Shown here: positions 9,914 through 19,880 of the stretch, in pieces
How positions within the stretch are numbered: position 1 is the stretch's first letter
Layout of the letters: every line of letters begins with the position of its first letter
Source of the DNA: an uncultured Actinomycetes bacterium
GTDB lineage: Bacteria; Actinomycetota; UBA4738; HRBIN12
DNA length: 64,000 nt
NCBI GenBank assembly: GCA_963746995.1
Contig: CAVVDF010000006.1
Span: forward strand, 15,403 to 79,402
Reading direction: 5' to 3'
The notes under the pieces: model-generated
What the model was told of the DNA's origin: nothing
The model's database searches: none
The model's input: only the letters and a program-made list of their open reading frames with translations
Position numbers and translations under genes: made by a program

Positions 9914-10615
9914 GCGACCCCGCCGTCGACCCGCTGCGGAACCATCGCCGCGTCCTGCTGTACTCCTTCTTGTTGTTGGCGGCGCTCGTGCTCCTGCTCT
10001 TGGGGGTCGGGCGTCACCCGGGCGAGCCCGGCACCACCACGACCCTGCCCGCCATCGGCACGTTCGACGGGAACGTCTACGAGTGGATCCAGCCGCACCG
10101 ATCCGCCTGGCTGACGGCGTTCGCGAAGTTCCTCAGTTTCATCGGCGCGGGGCTCGATCACGATCCCCCTGCGCATCGTGGTGGCGGTCATGCTGGCGGT
10201 ACGCAGACGCTGGCGCGCGTTCACGGCATGGCTGCTGACATGGGCGGTCGCGGAGCTGCTCCTCGAGTTCGCCAAGCGATACTTCGAGCGCACCCGGCCG
10301 CCCGATCAGCTCGTCGTGACGAGTGGGTACTCGTTCCCGTCGGGGCACTCGGTGGCGACGGCGTCGATCGTCGTGGCGCTCGTCCTGGCGTTCATGCCGG
10401 CGGGACCGCGCCGCCGCAAGTGGGAGGTGATCGCCGCGGCCGCCGCGTTCGTGATGGCGCTGTCTCGCGTCTATCTGAACGCCCACTGGTTCTCCGACGT
10501 GGTCGCCGGTGTGCTGCTCGGCACCACGGTCGCGCTCGCGTGCGTGGCCGTGATCCACGAAGTGATGCTGCTGTCGGCGCGGCGACGAACGCCCGCTTCA
10601 GCGGGCGGCGGCTAG
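9910..10615 (+). pseudogene. second PAP2 family phosphatase, start overlapping the previous stop (GTGA); one frame break
   Basis: The N-terminal TM region is in frame 1 from GTG 9910. The PAP2 motifs (KRYFERTRP, SFPSGHS, SRVYLNAHWFSDV) are in ORF 10178-10615, with a frame switch at about 10150-10165. Confidence 0.65.
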
Positions 10616-11560
10616 CAAGGCCTCGATCGCCTCAGCGTTGCCCATCGCCTCGTCGCGTGCGAGGTGCCGTGGCTCCTCCAGACCCCTCAGCGCGCGGTGG
10701 ATATGCCGGATCGCCGGGGTGAACGATCGCTCGCCGCTCGGCATCGCGTCCGCCGTTTCGACGACCTCGCCCTCGCGCACCACCGTGAGCGTGTCGCCCC
10801 CTTCCGGGTGGAACGGGTTCGTCATGACGAGCTCGCCTTCGGTCCCGCACACGCGCGTGGTCGTGTCGTACGCGCTGCGGAACCCGCACGAAAGCAGCAG
10901 GCGACGGTCGCCCGGGAACGTGAGCGCCCCCCACAGCTCGATGTCGACGCCTTCCCACACGGCATCGGCGACCGTACGATCCAGCCGCGGCTCGTCGTCG
11001 AACAGCAGCCGGGCCAGCCGGATCGGGTAGCACCCGACGTCTTGGGTCGCCCCCCCGCTGAGCTCCGCCAAGAGCCGCACGTCTTCGGGATCGTCGAGCG
11101 AGAAGTGGAACCGCGACACGATCTCGCGTACCTCGCCGATCGCGCCACCGGCGAGGAGCGCCTGCGCGTGCGTCATCTGATCGTGGAACGGGAAGACGAA
11201 CGCCTCCCACAGCGGCGGGCCGTTCACCGCCAGCACGTGCGAGGTTTCGGCCGGCGTGGCACAGAGCGGCTTCTCCGAGAACACCGCCTTGCCCGCCTCG
11301 AGCGCAGCGATCGTCCACGCCGCGTGCAACCCGTTGGGGAGCGGGATGTACACGGCCTCGATGGAAGGGTCCGCGAGCACGGCCTCGTAGGACCCGACAC
11401 CGCTCTTCACGCCATGCGCTGCCGCCCAGGCCGAGGCGCGGGCGGCATCGCGGCTGCCGACGACGACGGCCTCCCCGTCACCTGCCTCGGCGAGCGCCGG
11501 CAAGAAGGCGCCGGCCGCGATGCCGGCGGTCCCGAGGATGCCCCAGCGGATCGGCTCCAT
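10598..11560 (-). CDS. Gfo/Idh/MocA family NAD(P)-dependent oxidoreductase
   Basis: 320 aa from ATG 11560 (MEPIRWGILGTAGIA...). Rossmann motif GxLGxG and the EKPL motif (AVFSEKPLC). Confidence 0.85.
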   Translation of the reverse strand: MEPIRWGILGTAGIAAGAFLPALAEAGDGEAVVVGSRDAARASAWAAAHGVKSGVGSYEAVLADPSIEAVYIPLPNGLHAAWTIAALEAGKAVFSEKPLCATPAETSHVLAVNGPPLWEAFVFPFHDQMTHAQALLAGGAIGEVREIVSRFHFSLDDPEDVRLLAELSGGATQDVGCYPIRLARLLFDDEPRLDRTVADAVWEGVDIELWGALTFPGDRRLLLSCGFRSAYDTTTRVCGTEGELVMTNPFHPEGGDTLTVVREGEVVETADAMPSGERSFTPAIRHIHRALRGLEEPRHLARDEAMGNAEAIEALLAAAR

Positions 11561-11631
11561 GCCGGCACCGTACCGGATGCGGGTTCCCGCCCGGGAGGCG
11601 ATCGTGGGAGGATCCTGGGCGGGGGGTTCAG

Positions 11632-13717
11632 ATGGACCAACGTGAGCAGGTGGCGCGCCCGTCGGCCGATGCGGCTGCGGCCACGCACAGGCGTCGTCGG
11701 CCCACGGGCGCACCCCCGCCGCTGCCCAAGCACGTCGGCTTCACCGGTGTGCTCTGGCTCGCCCTGCTGTTGGTGGTGGTGGTGGCCGGCTGCCTCTGGC
11801 TCCGCGCCGATCCCGCGACGCTCGACAGGTTCGACGCGAGGATCACCGACGCCGTCATCTCGATGCGCGCCGGCTGGCTCGACACGCTCGCCCGGAGCCT
11901 GCACTCCGCGGGCTCGCGGGTCGGCCTCGCCGTGTTGGGGCTCGCGCTCGTCGTCGCCGCCTGCTGGTTCCGGCGCTGGCGGCACCTCGTTGTCTGGATC
12001 ATCTGCCTCGCCCTCGCCGGGGCGGCGGTGATGGGACTGACCTTGCTCGCTGAGCGAGCGAGGCCCTTCAGCATTCAGCAACTCGGGGCGTGGGAGGGCT
12101 ACGCGACCCCTTCGATCCCGATCACCGCGATCGCGGTCTGCGCGATCGGCGCGGCGTACATGCTGGTCGTCGCCGGTCGGCCACGCTTCTGGGCGAAGGT
12201 CGCCGTCGCCATCGTCGTCGCGTTGGCGGGCACGTTGCGGATCTATCTCGGCGTCGACCACTTCACCGACGTCGTCTTCGGGGCGATCGTCGCGATCGCC
12301 ATCCCGCTCGCGGGCTTCCGCGCATTCGCTCCCAACGACCTGTACCCGATCTCCTACGGGGCGCGGGGCAAGGCTGCGCACCTGGACGTAACCGGCCGAC
12401 GCGGAGAAGCGATCCGGAACGCGATGCAGGATCAGCTGGGCTACACAGTGCACGACATCAAGCCGGTCGGACTTGGAAGGATCCGGCGGGTCGACGCCCT
12501 TGAAGATGACGGTGACCGACGAGGACGGCCGCGACCGGACGGTCTTCGCCAAGCTCTACGCCAACACCCACGTCCGCGCCGACCGCTGGTACAAGCTCGG
12601 CCGATCCATGTTGTACGGGCGGCTCGAGGACGAGACGCCGTTCAAGACCGTTCGACGGTTCGTGGAGTACGAGGACTACACGCTTCGCCTGCTCGGCGAG
12701 TACGGGTTCTCGACGCCGGCGGCGCTCGGCATCGTCGAGATCACGCCCGAACGCGAGTACCTCATCGCGATGGACTTCTTCGACGACGCCGTCGAGATCG
12801 GCGACGCCGAGGTGGACGACCACGTGATCGACCAGGGCCTCACCATGATCCGGCGGATGTGGGACGTCGGGCTGTCGCATCGAGACATCAAGCCCGCGAA
12901 CCTGATGGTGCAGAATGGCGAGCTGCGGCTGATCGATGTCTTCTTCGTGCAGGTGCGGCCATCGCCGTGGCGACAGGCGGTCGACCTCGGCAACATGATG
13001 CTGGTGCTGGCGCTCCGCTCCGACGCGCACAGGGTCTACGAGGCCGCGTTGCGGTACTTCACACCCGACGAGCTGGCGGAGGCCTTCGCCGCCACGCGCG
13101 GTGTCGCCAGCCCCTCGCAGCTACGCCAACAGATGAAGCAGGACGGTCGGGATCTGCTCGCCGAGTTCCGAACGATGGCACCCGCACGCCGCCCGATCTC
13201 GGTGCAGCGTTGGAGCATCCGACGCATCGCACTGATCCTCGTCACCCTCGTGGTACTGCTACTGGCCGCGTTCACGGGCGTCGCGCTCTTCTTCCCGACC
13301 CGGGGCACCGTGAACTCGCCGACCTGCGGTACCGAGCAGACGATGCAGCTGATGGCCCAAGCGGTGCCGAGCGCGACGCAGCTGCCGTGTGTTTCGAAGC
13401 TACCGCTCGGCTGGGGTGTCGGCACCTCGGAGATCGTTCGGGGGCATGTCCTACTCGCCGTCGGTCTGAGCTCGGGCACTTCCACCGAGGTGACCGTGAC
13501 CTTGACCGAGACGTGCCCCGAGCCGGTGGACGGGACCACGCAGATCCCCTTCGAGGGCGGCTGCGTCACCTACCACTCGTCGATCGATGACGCCACGGTT
13601 CCGTCCTTCGAGCCCGGTGGGGGGCTTTCCTTCGTCCAGCGGGAGGATCTCGTTCGGACCGTGGCCGACGACGAGGAACAGATCCTCTGCGGAGCAGGAG
13701 CTCCGCCCTGCCCGTAA
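11632..13717 (+). pseudogene. PAP2-like membrane domain fused to a protein-kinase-like (Kdo/RIO/APH-like) domain, then a TM helix and a Cys-containing extracytoplasmic tail; one frame break at the junction
   Basis: The PAP2-like part is 11632 to about 12470 (RIYLGVDHFTDVVFGA). The kinase-like part is 12473-13717 (EGSGGSTPLKMTV..., HRDIKPANLMV, IDVFF). The frames join as ...GYTVHDIKPVG|LEGSGGSTPL near 12470. Alternatively these are two separate genes. Confidence 0.5.
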
Positions 13718-13923
13718 CCATCGCCTCACTGAACCTGCCACCGCGATTGCCGCGGCTTTCCTCAACTGCCTGGGGTTCCCGGGACGATACCTCTACCGAA
13801 AAGGGGGTATGGGGGATGAACACGTTGATGTCCAGTGGCGTCAGCATGCCGTCGGGCGGCCGCTCGCCGAGAGGAGCGACGGGATCGGGTCGAACCGGCG
13901 ACGGCACGGCGGTGGTCGGCGAG

Positions 13924-14796
13924 ATGACTCGGCTCGTTCGACATCGTGCGATGGGCACATCGATAGAGGTGCTGGGACCGGCTGGAATGCCGAGGGGGTA
14001 TGAAGCCGTCGCATCGGTGATCCGGCGCTTCGAGGTCGAGGAACAACGGTTCTCGCGGTTCTGCGGCGACAGCGAGCTGTCGAGCGTGAATCGCGCGGCT
14101 GGGCGGCGGACACGGGTCTCGCCGACCTACGCAACCGTGCTGGGGCTGGCACTTGAGGCGGCCCGAACCACCGGCGGTTCGTTCGATCCAACGGTGCACG
14201 ACGCCCTCACAGCGGCGCACGATTGCGGCCCCTTCCGCGAGGATCCGATCGAAGCAGTCGGCACCCTCCAGCCCTTGGTGCCATGTGGTCGCTGGCGCGA
14301 GATCAAGCTGGACGACGACACGGTCCTGCTACCGGAAGGCGTGCACGTGGACTTGGGCGGCATCCTCAAGGGGTGGACGGCTGATCGCGCAGCAGAGGAC
14401 GCGCTCGCGTCTGGCCTGCCATGGGTGCTCGTGAACGCCGGCGGCGACCTGCGGATCGCTGGCGACGCGCCCATGATCGACGTCGGGATCGAGGATCCCC
14501 TACAGGCCTGTGCGGTCGCGCACACCGTTCGGATCTCCGCGGGCGCCGTCGCCACGTCGTCCGTGTCGAAGCGGGCGTGGGGATTCGGCCGCCACCATGT
14601 CATCGATCCGGCAACGGGCGCTCCCGCCGACATCGGGACGATCCAGGCGACGATGTGGGCTCCGACGTGCGCCGAAGCGGAGGTGCGGGCGACCGCGGCG
14701 TTGCTCACGGGCCGCCCGGCGCTTCGATCGACGCCTGGCGTACTGATCTCCGCCACCGAAACAATCGTCTCGTTCCCTGTGGAAACGGCTGCGTAA
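13924..14796 (+). CDS. apbE: FAD:protein FMN transferase (ApbE family)
   Basis: 290 aa from ATG 13924. ApbE-type segments (GGSFDPT, GGILKGW, HHVIDPATG). Confidence 0.75.
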   Translation: MTRLVRHRAMGTSIEVLGPAGMPRGYEAVASVIRRFEVEEQRFSRFCGDSELSSVNRAAGRRTRVSPTYATVLGLALEAARTTGGSFDPTVHDALTAAHDCGPFREDPIEAVGTLQPLVPCGRWREIKLDDDTVLLPEGVHVDLGGILKGWTADRAAEDALASGLPWVLVNAGGDLRIAGDAPMIDVGIEDPLQACAVAHTVRISAGAVATSSVSKRAWGFGRHHVIDPATGAPADIGTIQATMWAPTCAEAEVRATAALLTGRPALRSTPGVLISATETIVSFPVETAA

Positions 14797-14970
14797 GGTG
14801 CGAGCCTAGCGACGATCGTCCGGCAAGCCGCCGACCGGGGGACAGGGGTCAAGGTCGAGCTTGAGTTCGAGCCGGATCTCTCGCTCCGGTCGATCGTGGT
14901 CAACGCCGGCTGTCCGGAACGCTGTCGGCGCGCTAGGTTCGATCCCGGACCCACACCCGGGAGGACTCGT

Positions 14971-15414
14971 ATGGCTTTGCACACACCCACCACACCCGAG
15001 CACCCCGCGCTGCGCGAGCACGCGACACAACGCGCCGAGAGCGCTCAGAACCGCATCGCCGACGGGATCACCCGCTTCGCCGGCTCGATGTGGTTCGTCT
15101 ATCTCAGCATCGTCTGGTTCGCACTGTGGATCGGATTCCGTGTCGAGCGCTACCCGTTCGGGCTGCTGACGATGATCGTGTCCCTCGAGGCGATCTTCCT
15201 GTCGACGTTCGTGATGATCAGCCAGAACCGCGCCGACGAGAAACGCCAGGTGCTCGCCGACAACCAGTGGGCGATCGTCCAGACGGAGGAGGCGCAGAAC
15301 GAGCAGCTCATCGCGTTGTCCACCCAGATCCTGGAGCTCACGAAGGCGATCCACGAGCTGACGCTCGCCCACACCCAGACGGGTTCGCCGACCCCTCCCG
15401 CCGACACACCGTAG
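14971..15414 (+). CDS. DUF1003 family membrane protein
   Basis: GGAGGA RBS, then ATG 14971. Conserved DUF1003 core (FGLLTMIVSLEAIFLSTFVMISQNRADEKRQ). Confidence 0.7.
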   Translation: MALHTPTTPEHPALREHATQRAESAQNRIADGITRFAGSMWFVYLSIVWFALWIGFRVERYPFGLLTMIVSLEAIFLSTFVMISQNRADEKRQVLADNQWAIVQTEEAQNEQLIALSTQILELTKAIHELTLAHTQTGSPTPPADTP

Positions 15415-15439
15415 GCTGGATGGAGAAGGAGGGCTGACG

Positions 15440-15784
15440 ATGACAGACGATGCCAAGCAAGCGTGGAGCACCGCAGGCGAGCGCTTCGGGGCGGTGGGCA
15501 AGCGCCTGGCCGACCGCTACCGGGAGGGTGGCAGTGACGAGGCTGCCGCCAAGGAGGCCGAGCGCAAGTTCGAGGAGATCACCAAGGAGCTGATCGACAA
15601 GGTCGGGCGCGCTGCCACCGCCGTCGACGGGACGGTTCGCGACGCCGAGTCGCGCAACGACTTCATCGAGGCGCTGAACGCCCTCGGTGAGGCGATCACC
15701 GCGACGGCGCGTGACGTGCAAAGCGCGGTGCGTCGCGACGGCGACACGAAGGACGAACCGCCTCGCCCTGACGACACCGCGTGA
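15440..15784 (+). CDS. hypothetical small hydrophilic protein
   Basis: 114 aa, GGAGAAGGAGG RBS, and the stop overlaps the next start (GTGA). No domain recognised. Confidence 0.5.
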   Translation: MTDDAKQAWSTAGERFGAVGKRLADRYREGGSDEAAAKEAERKFEEITKELIDKVGRAATAVDGTVRDAESRNDFIEALNALGEAITATARDVQSAVRRDGDTKDEPPRPDDTA

Positions 15785-16437
15785 CCGACAACGACCGCGG
15801 TGCGCCGCCGATCGATCTGAGCGCCGGGCGCCTGGAGGCGTTCAGCGACGCGGTGATGGCAGTCATCATCACGTTGCTCGCGTTCGCGCTGCGACCACCG
15901 CAGGACGGGTCGTGGGACGCGATCGCGGACAAGGTGCCGGGATTCGCGATCTACGTCCTGAGCTTCCTCTTCATCGCGATCTACTGGAACAACCATCACC
16001 ACTTGCTGCGCGCCACCACGGTGATCAGCGGCGGCGTGATGTGGGCGAACATGACGCTGCTGCTCTGTCTGTCGCTGATCCCGGTCACCGCCGAATGGAT
16101 CCGCGACGCGTACGAGACACAGCAGTCCGAAGCTGTCCGGCTCCATGACATCGAGGTCTCGGTCGCGTTCTTCGGTGTCGTCGGGCTTGCGGCGGCCTTG
16201 TCCTACTTCGTCCTCGTTCGAGCGATCATCCGCGCGAACGGACCCGACTCGCTCGTCGGCATATCCGTGCACGCCGACCTCAAGGGCAAGGTCTCCCTCG
16301 TCTTGTACGCGGTGGGAGCCGGCCTCGCATTCGTGAGCGTCTGGCTCGCCTACGCGTGCTACGCGGCCGTTGCCGTGATGTGGCTCGTGCCCGACCGGAG
16401 GTTCATGCACACGCACGACGGCGACGACACGGGCTAG
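15781..16437 (+). CDS. TMEM175 / DUF1211 family putative cation channel
   Basis: 218 aa with the signature RLEAFSDAVMAVIITLL at the N-terminus and a second half-repeat. Confidence 0.75.
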   Translation: MTDNDRGAPPIDLSAGRLEAFSDAVMAVIITLLAFALRPPQDGSWDAIADKVPGFAIYVLSFLFIAIYWNNHHHLLRATTVISGGVMWANMTLLLCLSLIPVTAEWIRDAYETQQSEAVRLHDIEVSVAFFGVVGLAAALSYFVLVRAIIRANGPDSLVGISVHADLKGKVSLVLYAVGAGLAFVSVWLAYACYAAVAVMWLVPDRRFMHTHDGDDTG

Positions 16438-17195
16438 CGACGGCGCCCAGCCATCCGGTGCGCGGCGGCCGACGCGGCGTCCATCGTCGCGCGAGCGAGT
16501 TGCGGCACCTCGCGGGCCGGCAGCCGATACGCCGGACCGGACACGCTGATCGCCGCGGTGGCGACCCCGTCGACCACGACCGGTGCGGCGATCGTCACCA
16601 ACCCGTCCTCGAGCTCCCCGACGCTCGCCGCGTACCCCTGGCGACGCACCTGTCGGAGCGTCTCCACGAGCCGGGCGGCGTCGGTGATCGTCCGGTCCGT
16701 GCGGCGCTCCAGCCGCCCGAGGCCGCGTGCGGCCGCCTCGGGGTCGAGCCGCCCGAACGCCAACAGCACCTTGCCGCTCGAGCTCGCATGGACCGGGCTC
16801 CGTCGCCCCACCCAGCTCGCCATCACGACGGTCTGCGCCGGCGTCACCTGATCGACGTAGACGACGTGGCGGCCGTCGCGGATCGCAAGGTTCACCGTCT
16901 CCGCGGTCTTCCCGGACAGATGTTCCAGTTCGGGACGCGCCTGGCTCACGACCGGCAACCGCCCGACCGCGGCCGCGGCGAGACCGACGACCCGCGCCCC
17001 GATCCGGTACCGGCCGGTCCCCGCCTCACGCTCCAAGAGTCCGCCCGCGGCGAGGGTGGCGAGCAGCCGCGACGACGTCGATGCGTGCACCCTCAGCCGT
17101 CGCGCCACCTCGCGCACCCCCAGACCGTCGGGACTCTCACCCAACAGATCGAGTACGTCGACCACGCGCTGAGCACCGTCGGTGGAACGGGACAT
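16434..17195 (-). CDS. IclR family transcriptional regulator
   Basis: 253 aa from ATG 17195. N-terminal wHTH (VVDVLDLLGESPDGLGVREVARRLRVHASTSSRLL) and a C-terminal IclR effector domain. Confidence 0.85.
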   Translation of the reverse strand: MSRSTDGAQRVVDVLDLLGESPDGLGVREVARRLRVHASTSSRLLATLAAGGLLEREAGTGRYRIGARVVGLAAAAVGRLPVVSQARPELEHLSGKTAETVNLAIRDGRHVVYVDQVTPAQTVVMASWVGRRSPVHASSSGKVLLAFGRLDPEAAARGLGRLERRTDRTITDAARLVETLRQVRRQGYAASVGELEDGLVTIAAPVVVDGVATAAISVSGPAYRLPAREVPQLARATMDAASAAAHRMAGRRR

Positions 17196-17222
17196 GAACG
17201 CTCGACCCCTTGCACATTCGTG

Positions 17223-17237
17223 TTGCCGAGACGGCAA
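17223..17237. promoter_or_regulatory. perfect 6-3-6 palindrome TTGCCGAGACGGCAA in the iclR / ABC-operon divergent intergenic region (putative IclR operator)
   Basis: ttgccg-aga-cggcaa lies 28 bp upstream of the iclR start and 44 bp upstream of the divergent gene. Confidence 0.4.
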
Positions 17238-17280
17238 TACTAGCCTTGTCCCGGCCGACGGTGGTCCGTAGGGTCCGCGC

Positions 17281-18084
17281 GTGCAGCCAGGGGGGACCGA
17301 GACCGCGACGGACCACACCGCCGACCTCGCACTCGCGATGGAGCTCGCCGACGCAGCGGCTGCCGTGACGCTCTCGTGGTTCGGCAACCGTCTCCCAGTG
17401 GAGTTGAAGGCGGACGCCACGCCGGTCACCGAGGTGGACCGAGCGGCTGAGACGGCGATCCGGGCCCACCTCGCGACCTACGCGCCCGGTGACGGCGTCC
17501 TCGGCGAGGAGCACGGCCATCGCACCGGCGCTACCGGCCGCACCTGGGTGATCGACCCGGTCGACGGCACGAAGCTCTACGCGGAAGGCATCCCGCTGTG
17601 GACGACCCTGATCGGGCTTGTCGTCGACGGCCGCGCCGTGCTAGGCGTCGCCGATGCGCCGGCGCTCGGCGTGCGCTATCACGCGGTCCGCGGTGGCGGC
17701 GCGTGGCGGGGCGATCATCGGCTCGCGACCTCGGACGTCGGCACCCTCGGCGCCGCGTTCGTCGGCCACTCCCCCCTCGAGGAATGGATGTCCACCGGCG
17801 ACGCACACCAGCTGGAGGCGGTCGCGGCGAAAGCCCGGCGCACCCGTGGCCTCTCCGATGCCTGGGCGCATCTGCTGGTGGCGCAGGGCTCGATGGAAGC
17901 GCTCCTGGAGCACGAGCCATGCTTCCCCTGGGACTGGACTGCGACCGAGGTCATCGTCGAGGAGGCCGGCGGACGTATGACGACGATGGAGGGCGTGGAC
18001 CCGGCGCCCGGCACCAACCTGTTGGTCACGAACGGGCACGTCCACGACGAGATCGTGACGGTGCTCCAAGGAGGATCCGCATGA
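17281..18084 (+). CDS. inositol monophosphatase family protein (histidinol-phosphatase HisN-like)
   Basis: IMPase motifs WVIDPVDGT and FPWDW. The start is GTG 17281, or ATG 17338. Confidence 0.8.
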   Translation: MQPGGTETATDHTADLALAMELADAAAAVTLSWFGNRLPVELKADATPVTEVDRAAETAIRAHLATYAPGDGVLGEEHGHRTGATGRTWVIDPVDGTKLYAEGIPLWTTLIGLVVDGRAVLGVADAPALGVRYHAVRGGGAWRGDHRLATSDVGTLGAAFVGHSPLEEWMSTGDAHQLEAVAAKARRTRGLSDAWAHLLVAQGSMEALLEHEPCFPWDWTATEVIVEEAGGRMTTMEGVDPAPGTNLLVTNGHVHDEIVTVLQGGSA

Positions 18085-19871
18085 GGAAGCACCGCAGGCT
18101 CCTGATCGCGACGATCGCACTCGGGCTCACCGGGCTCGCCTTCACGCTGCCCGCACGCGCACAATCGACGTCGCCGTCGGACAGCGGCGATGACGTCGTG
18201 CTCCGCGTCGGCGTCACCGCCGACCTCGACACCGACAACGTGTTCGCGGTGAGCGGCGGGAGCGATTGGACGGTCGCGACCTCCGAGTACGACATGATGC
18301 GGTCCTTCGCGCCGGAGGATCTGACCGCCGCGCCCGGTCTCGCGATCGGTTGCACGCACAACGATGACTACACGGTCTGGACCTGCGACATCCAACAGGG
18401 CCTGCAGTGGAGCGACGGCGAGCCGCTCACCGCCGAAGACATCGCATTCACCTACCGATTCGTGATCGACAACAAGATCCCGCAGTACAAGAGCTACTTC
18501 CCGTCCAACCCCACATTCACGACGCCCGACGATCACACGCTCGTGTGGACGAGCGAGAAGCCAACCTTCGCCCCGGACATGCCGCCTTGGGTGTACATCG
18601 TTCCCGAGCACGACTGGGCGCCGTACAACGGGAAGACGCTGAAGGAGATCCGTGCGGTCGACGGTATGGACACTGCCGTCAGCGGGCCGTACATGCTCAC
18701 CGAATGGACCCACGGACAGGGTTGGACGATGGAGAAGAACCCGTACTTCCGTGGGCCGGAGCCCGCGATCGACCGTGTCGACTACCACCTGTACACCAAC
18801 CAAGAGGCGATGATCCAAGCCCTGAAGAACGCGGAGATCGACGTCGCCGACGGTCTCCAACCGTCGTTGATCGGCTCGATCGAGAACGCACCGGAGATCA
18901 CCGTCCAGAAGGTCGTCTCGGACTGGTGGTTGAACCTTGCGTTCAACTTCGGTGGCCAGAACCCCGATGCGGACCCCTTGCCGGCGTTGCACGACCACGA
19001 CGTGCGTCGTGCGATCTCGATGGCGATCGACAAGCAGGCGATCGTCAACAAGGTGTACCAAGGCGCGGCGACGACCGGCGACACGATCATCCGTCCGGCA
19101 TCGACGTTCTGGCATCTCGATATCCCGGCCGACCAGGAGATCCCGTTCGATCCCGACGGCGCCAACGCGCTGCTGGACCAAGCTGGCTACGCCGACACGA
19201 ACGACGACGGGGTCCGCGAGGATCCACAGACGGGCCAGCCGCTCGAACTGCGGATCCCCGCGTCGTCGGACACGACGGGTGCCGTTGAGTCCGGTGAGCT
19301 GATCGTCGGGTTCTTGAAGCGGATCGGCATCAAGGTCGATCTCTTGCCGGCGACGGACTCGAAGATGAACGACTACTGGGGCTCCGGCGATTTCGACGCG
19401 TACATCTGGTATTGGAGCGGCGATCCGGACCCGAACTATCAGCTCTTCGTCTTCACGTCCGAGCAGTGCGGCGCCTGGGAGGACGGCTGTTGGAAGAACG
19501 CCCAGTTCGACGACCTGTACGAGCAGCAGCGTTCGATGATGGATCAGAACGCACGTCAGCAGATCGTCAAGCGCGCGCAGCAGGTCGCCTACGACGACAT
19601 GCCGGGCGTGGTGCTCGCCTACCCGAACTGGCTGGAGGCCTATCGCAACGACCGCTTCACCGGCTGGACGCCGTCGCCCGGGGCGAACGGCTACCTGCTG
19701 CCGACCTACAACTACACGACCTTGTTGACGGCAAAGCCCGTCGAGGGCGTGGCGACCGGCGGTTCGACCTCGTTGCCCGGGTGGGTGTGGCTGCTCGTGA
19801 TCGCCGCGGTGGTCGCGATCGTCGTCCTGCTCGTCCGCCGGGGGCGTCGGGTGGCTCCGGACGAGGCGTAG
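18081..19871 (+). CDS. ABC transporter substrate-binding protein, family 5 (peptide/nickel type), with a C-terminal transmembrane anchor
   Basis: GGAGGA RBS, then ATG 18081. Sec signal peptide (no lipobox Cys). SBP_bac_5-like body. The C-terminus is LPGWVWLLVIAAVVAIVVLLVRRGRR, a hydrophobic helix followed by basic residues. Confidence 0.85.
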   Translation: MRKHRRLLIATIALGLTGLAFTLPARAQSTSPSDSGDDVVLRVGVTADLDTDNVFAVSGGSDWTVATSEYDMMRSFAPEDLTAAPGLAIGCTHNDDYTVWTCDIQQGLQWSDGEPLTAEDIAFTYRFVIDNKIPQYKSYFPSNPTFTTPDDHTLVWTSEKPTFAPDMPPWVYIVPEHDWAPYNGKTLKEIRAVDGMDTAVSGPYMLTEWTHGQGWTMEKNPYFRGPEPAIDRVDYHLYTNQEAMIQALKNAEIDVADGLQPSLIGSIENAPEITVQKVVSDWWLNLAFNFGGQNPDADPLPALHDHDVRRAISMAIDKQAIVNKVYQGAATTGDTIIRPASTFWHLDIPADQEIPFDPDGANALLDQAGYADTNDDGVREDPQTGQPLELRIPASSDTTGAVESGELIVGFLKRIGIKVDLLPATDSKMNDYWGSGDFDAYIWYWSGDPDPNYQLFVFTSEQCGAWEDGCWKNAQFDDLYEQQRSMMDQNARQQIVKRAQQVAYDDMPGVVLAYPNWLEAYRNDRFTGWTPSPGANGYLLPTYNYTTLLTAKPVEGVATGGSTSLPGWVWLLVIAAVVAIVVLLVRRGRRVAPDEA

Positions 19872-19880
19872 GGTCGCGCG

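Noticed and set aside
9520-10722. 400-aa ORF in frame 1 spanning the second PAP2 gene
   Set aside because: Only its first roughly 80 codons (from GTG 9910) are real PAP2 sequence. The rest is an Arg/Ala-rich read-through caused by the frame break at about 10155. The conserved PAP2 motifs are in ORF 10178-10615.
14925-14965. GGTTCGATCCC motif resembling a tRNA T-arm
   Set aside because: The flanks cannot form acceptor, D or anticodon stems, and the motif lies in the RBS region of the DUF1003 gene.
17598-19871. 757-aa N-terminally extended version of the ABC substrate-binding protein
   Set aside because: The first 160 codons are Arg/Gly-rich and overlap the hisN-like gene. A strong RBS plus ATG at 18081, followed by a signal peptide, marks the true start.
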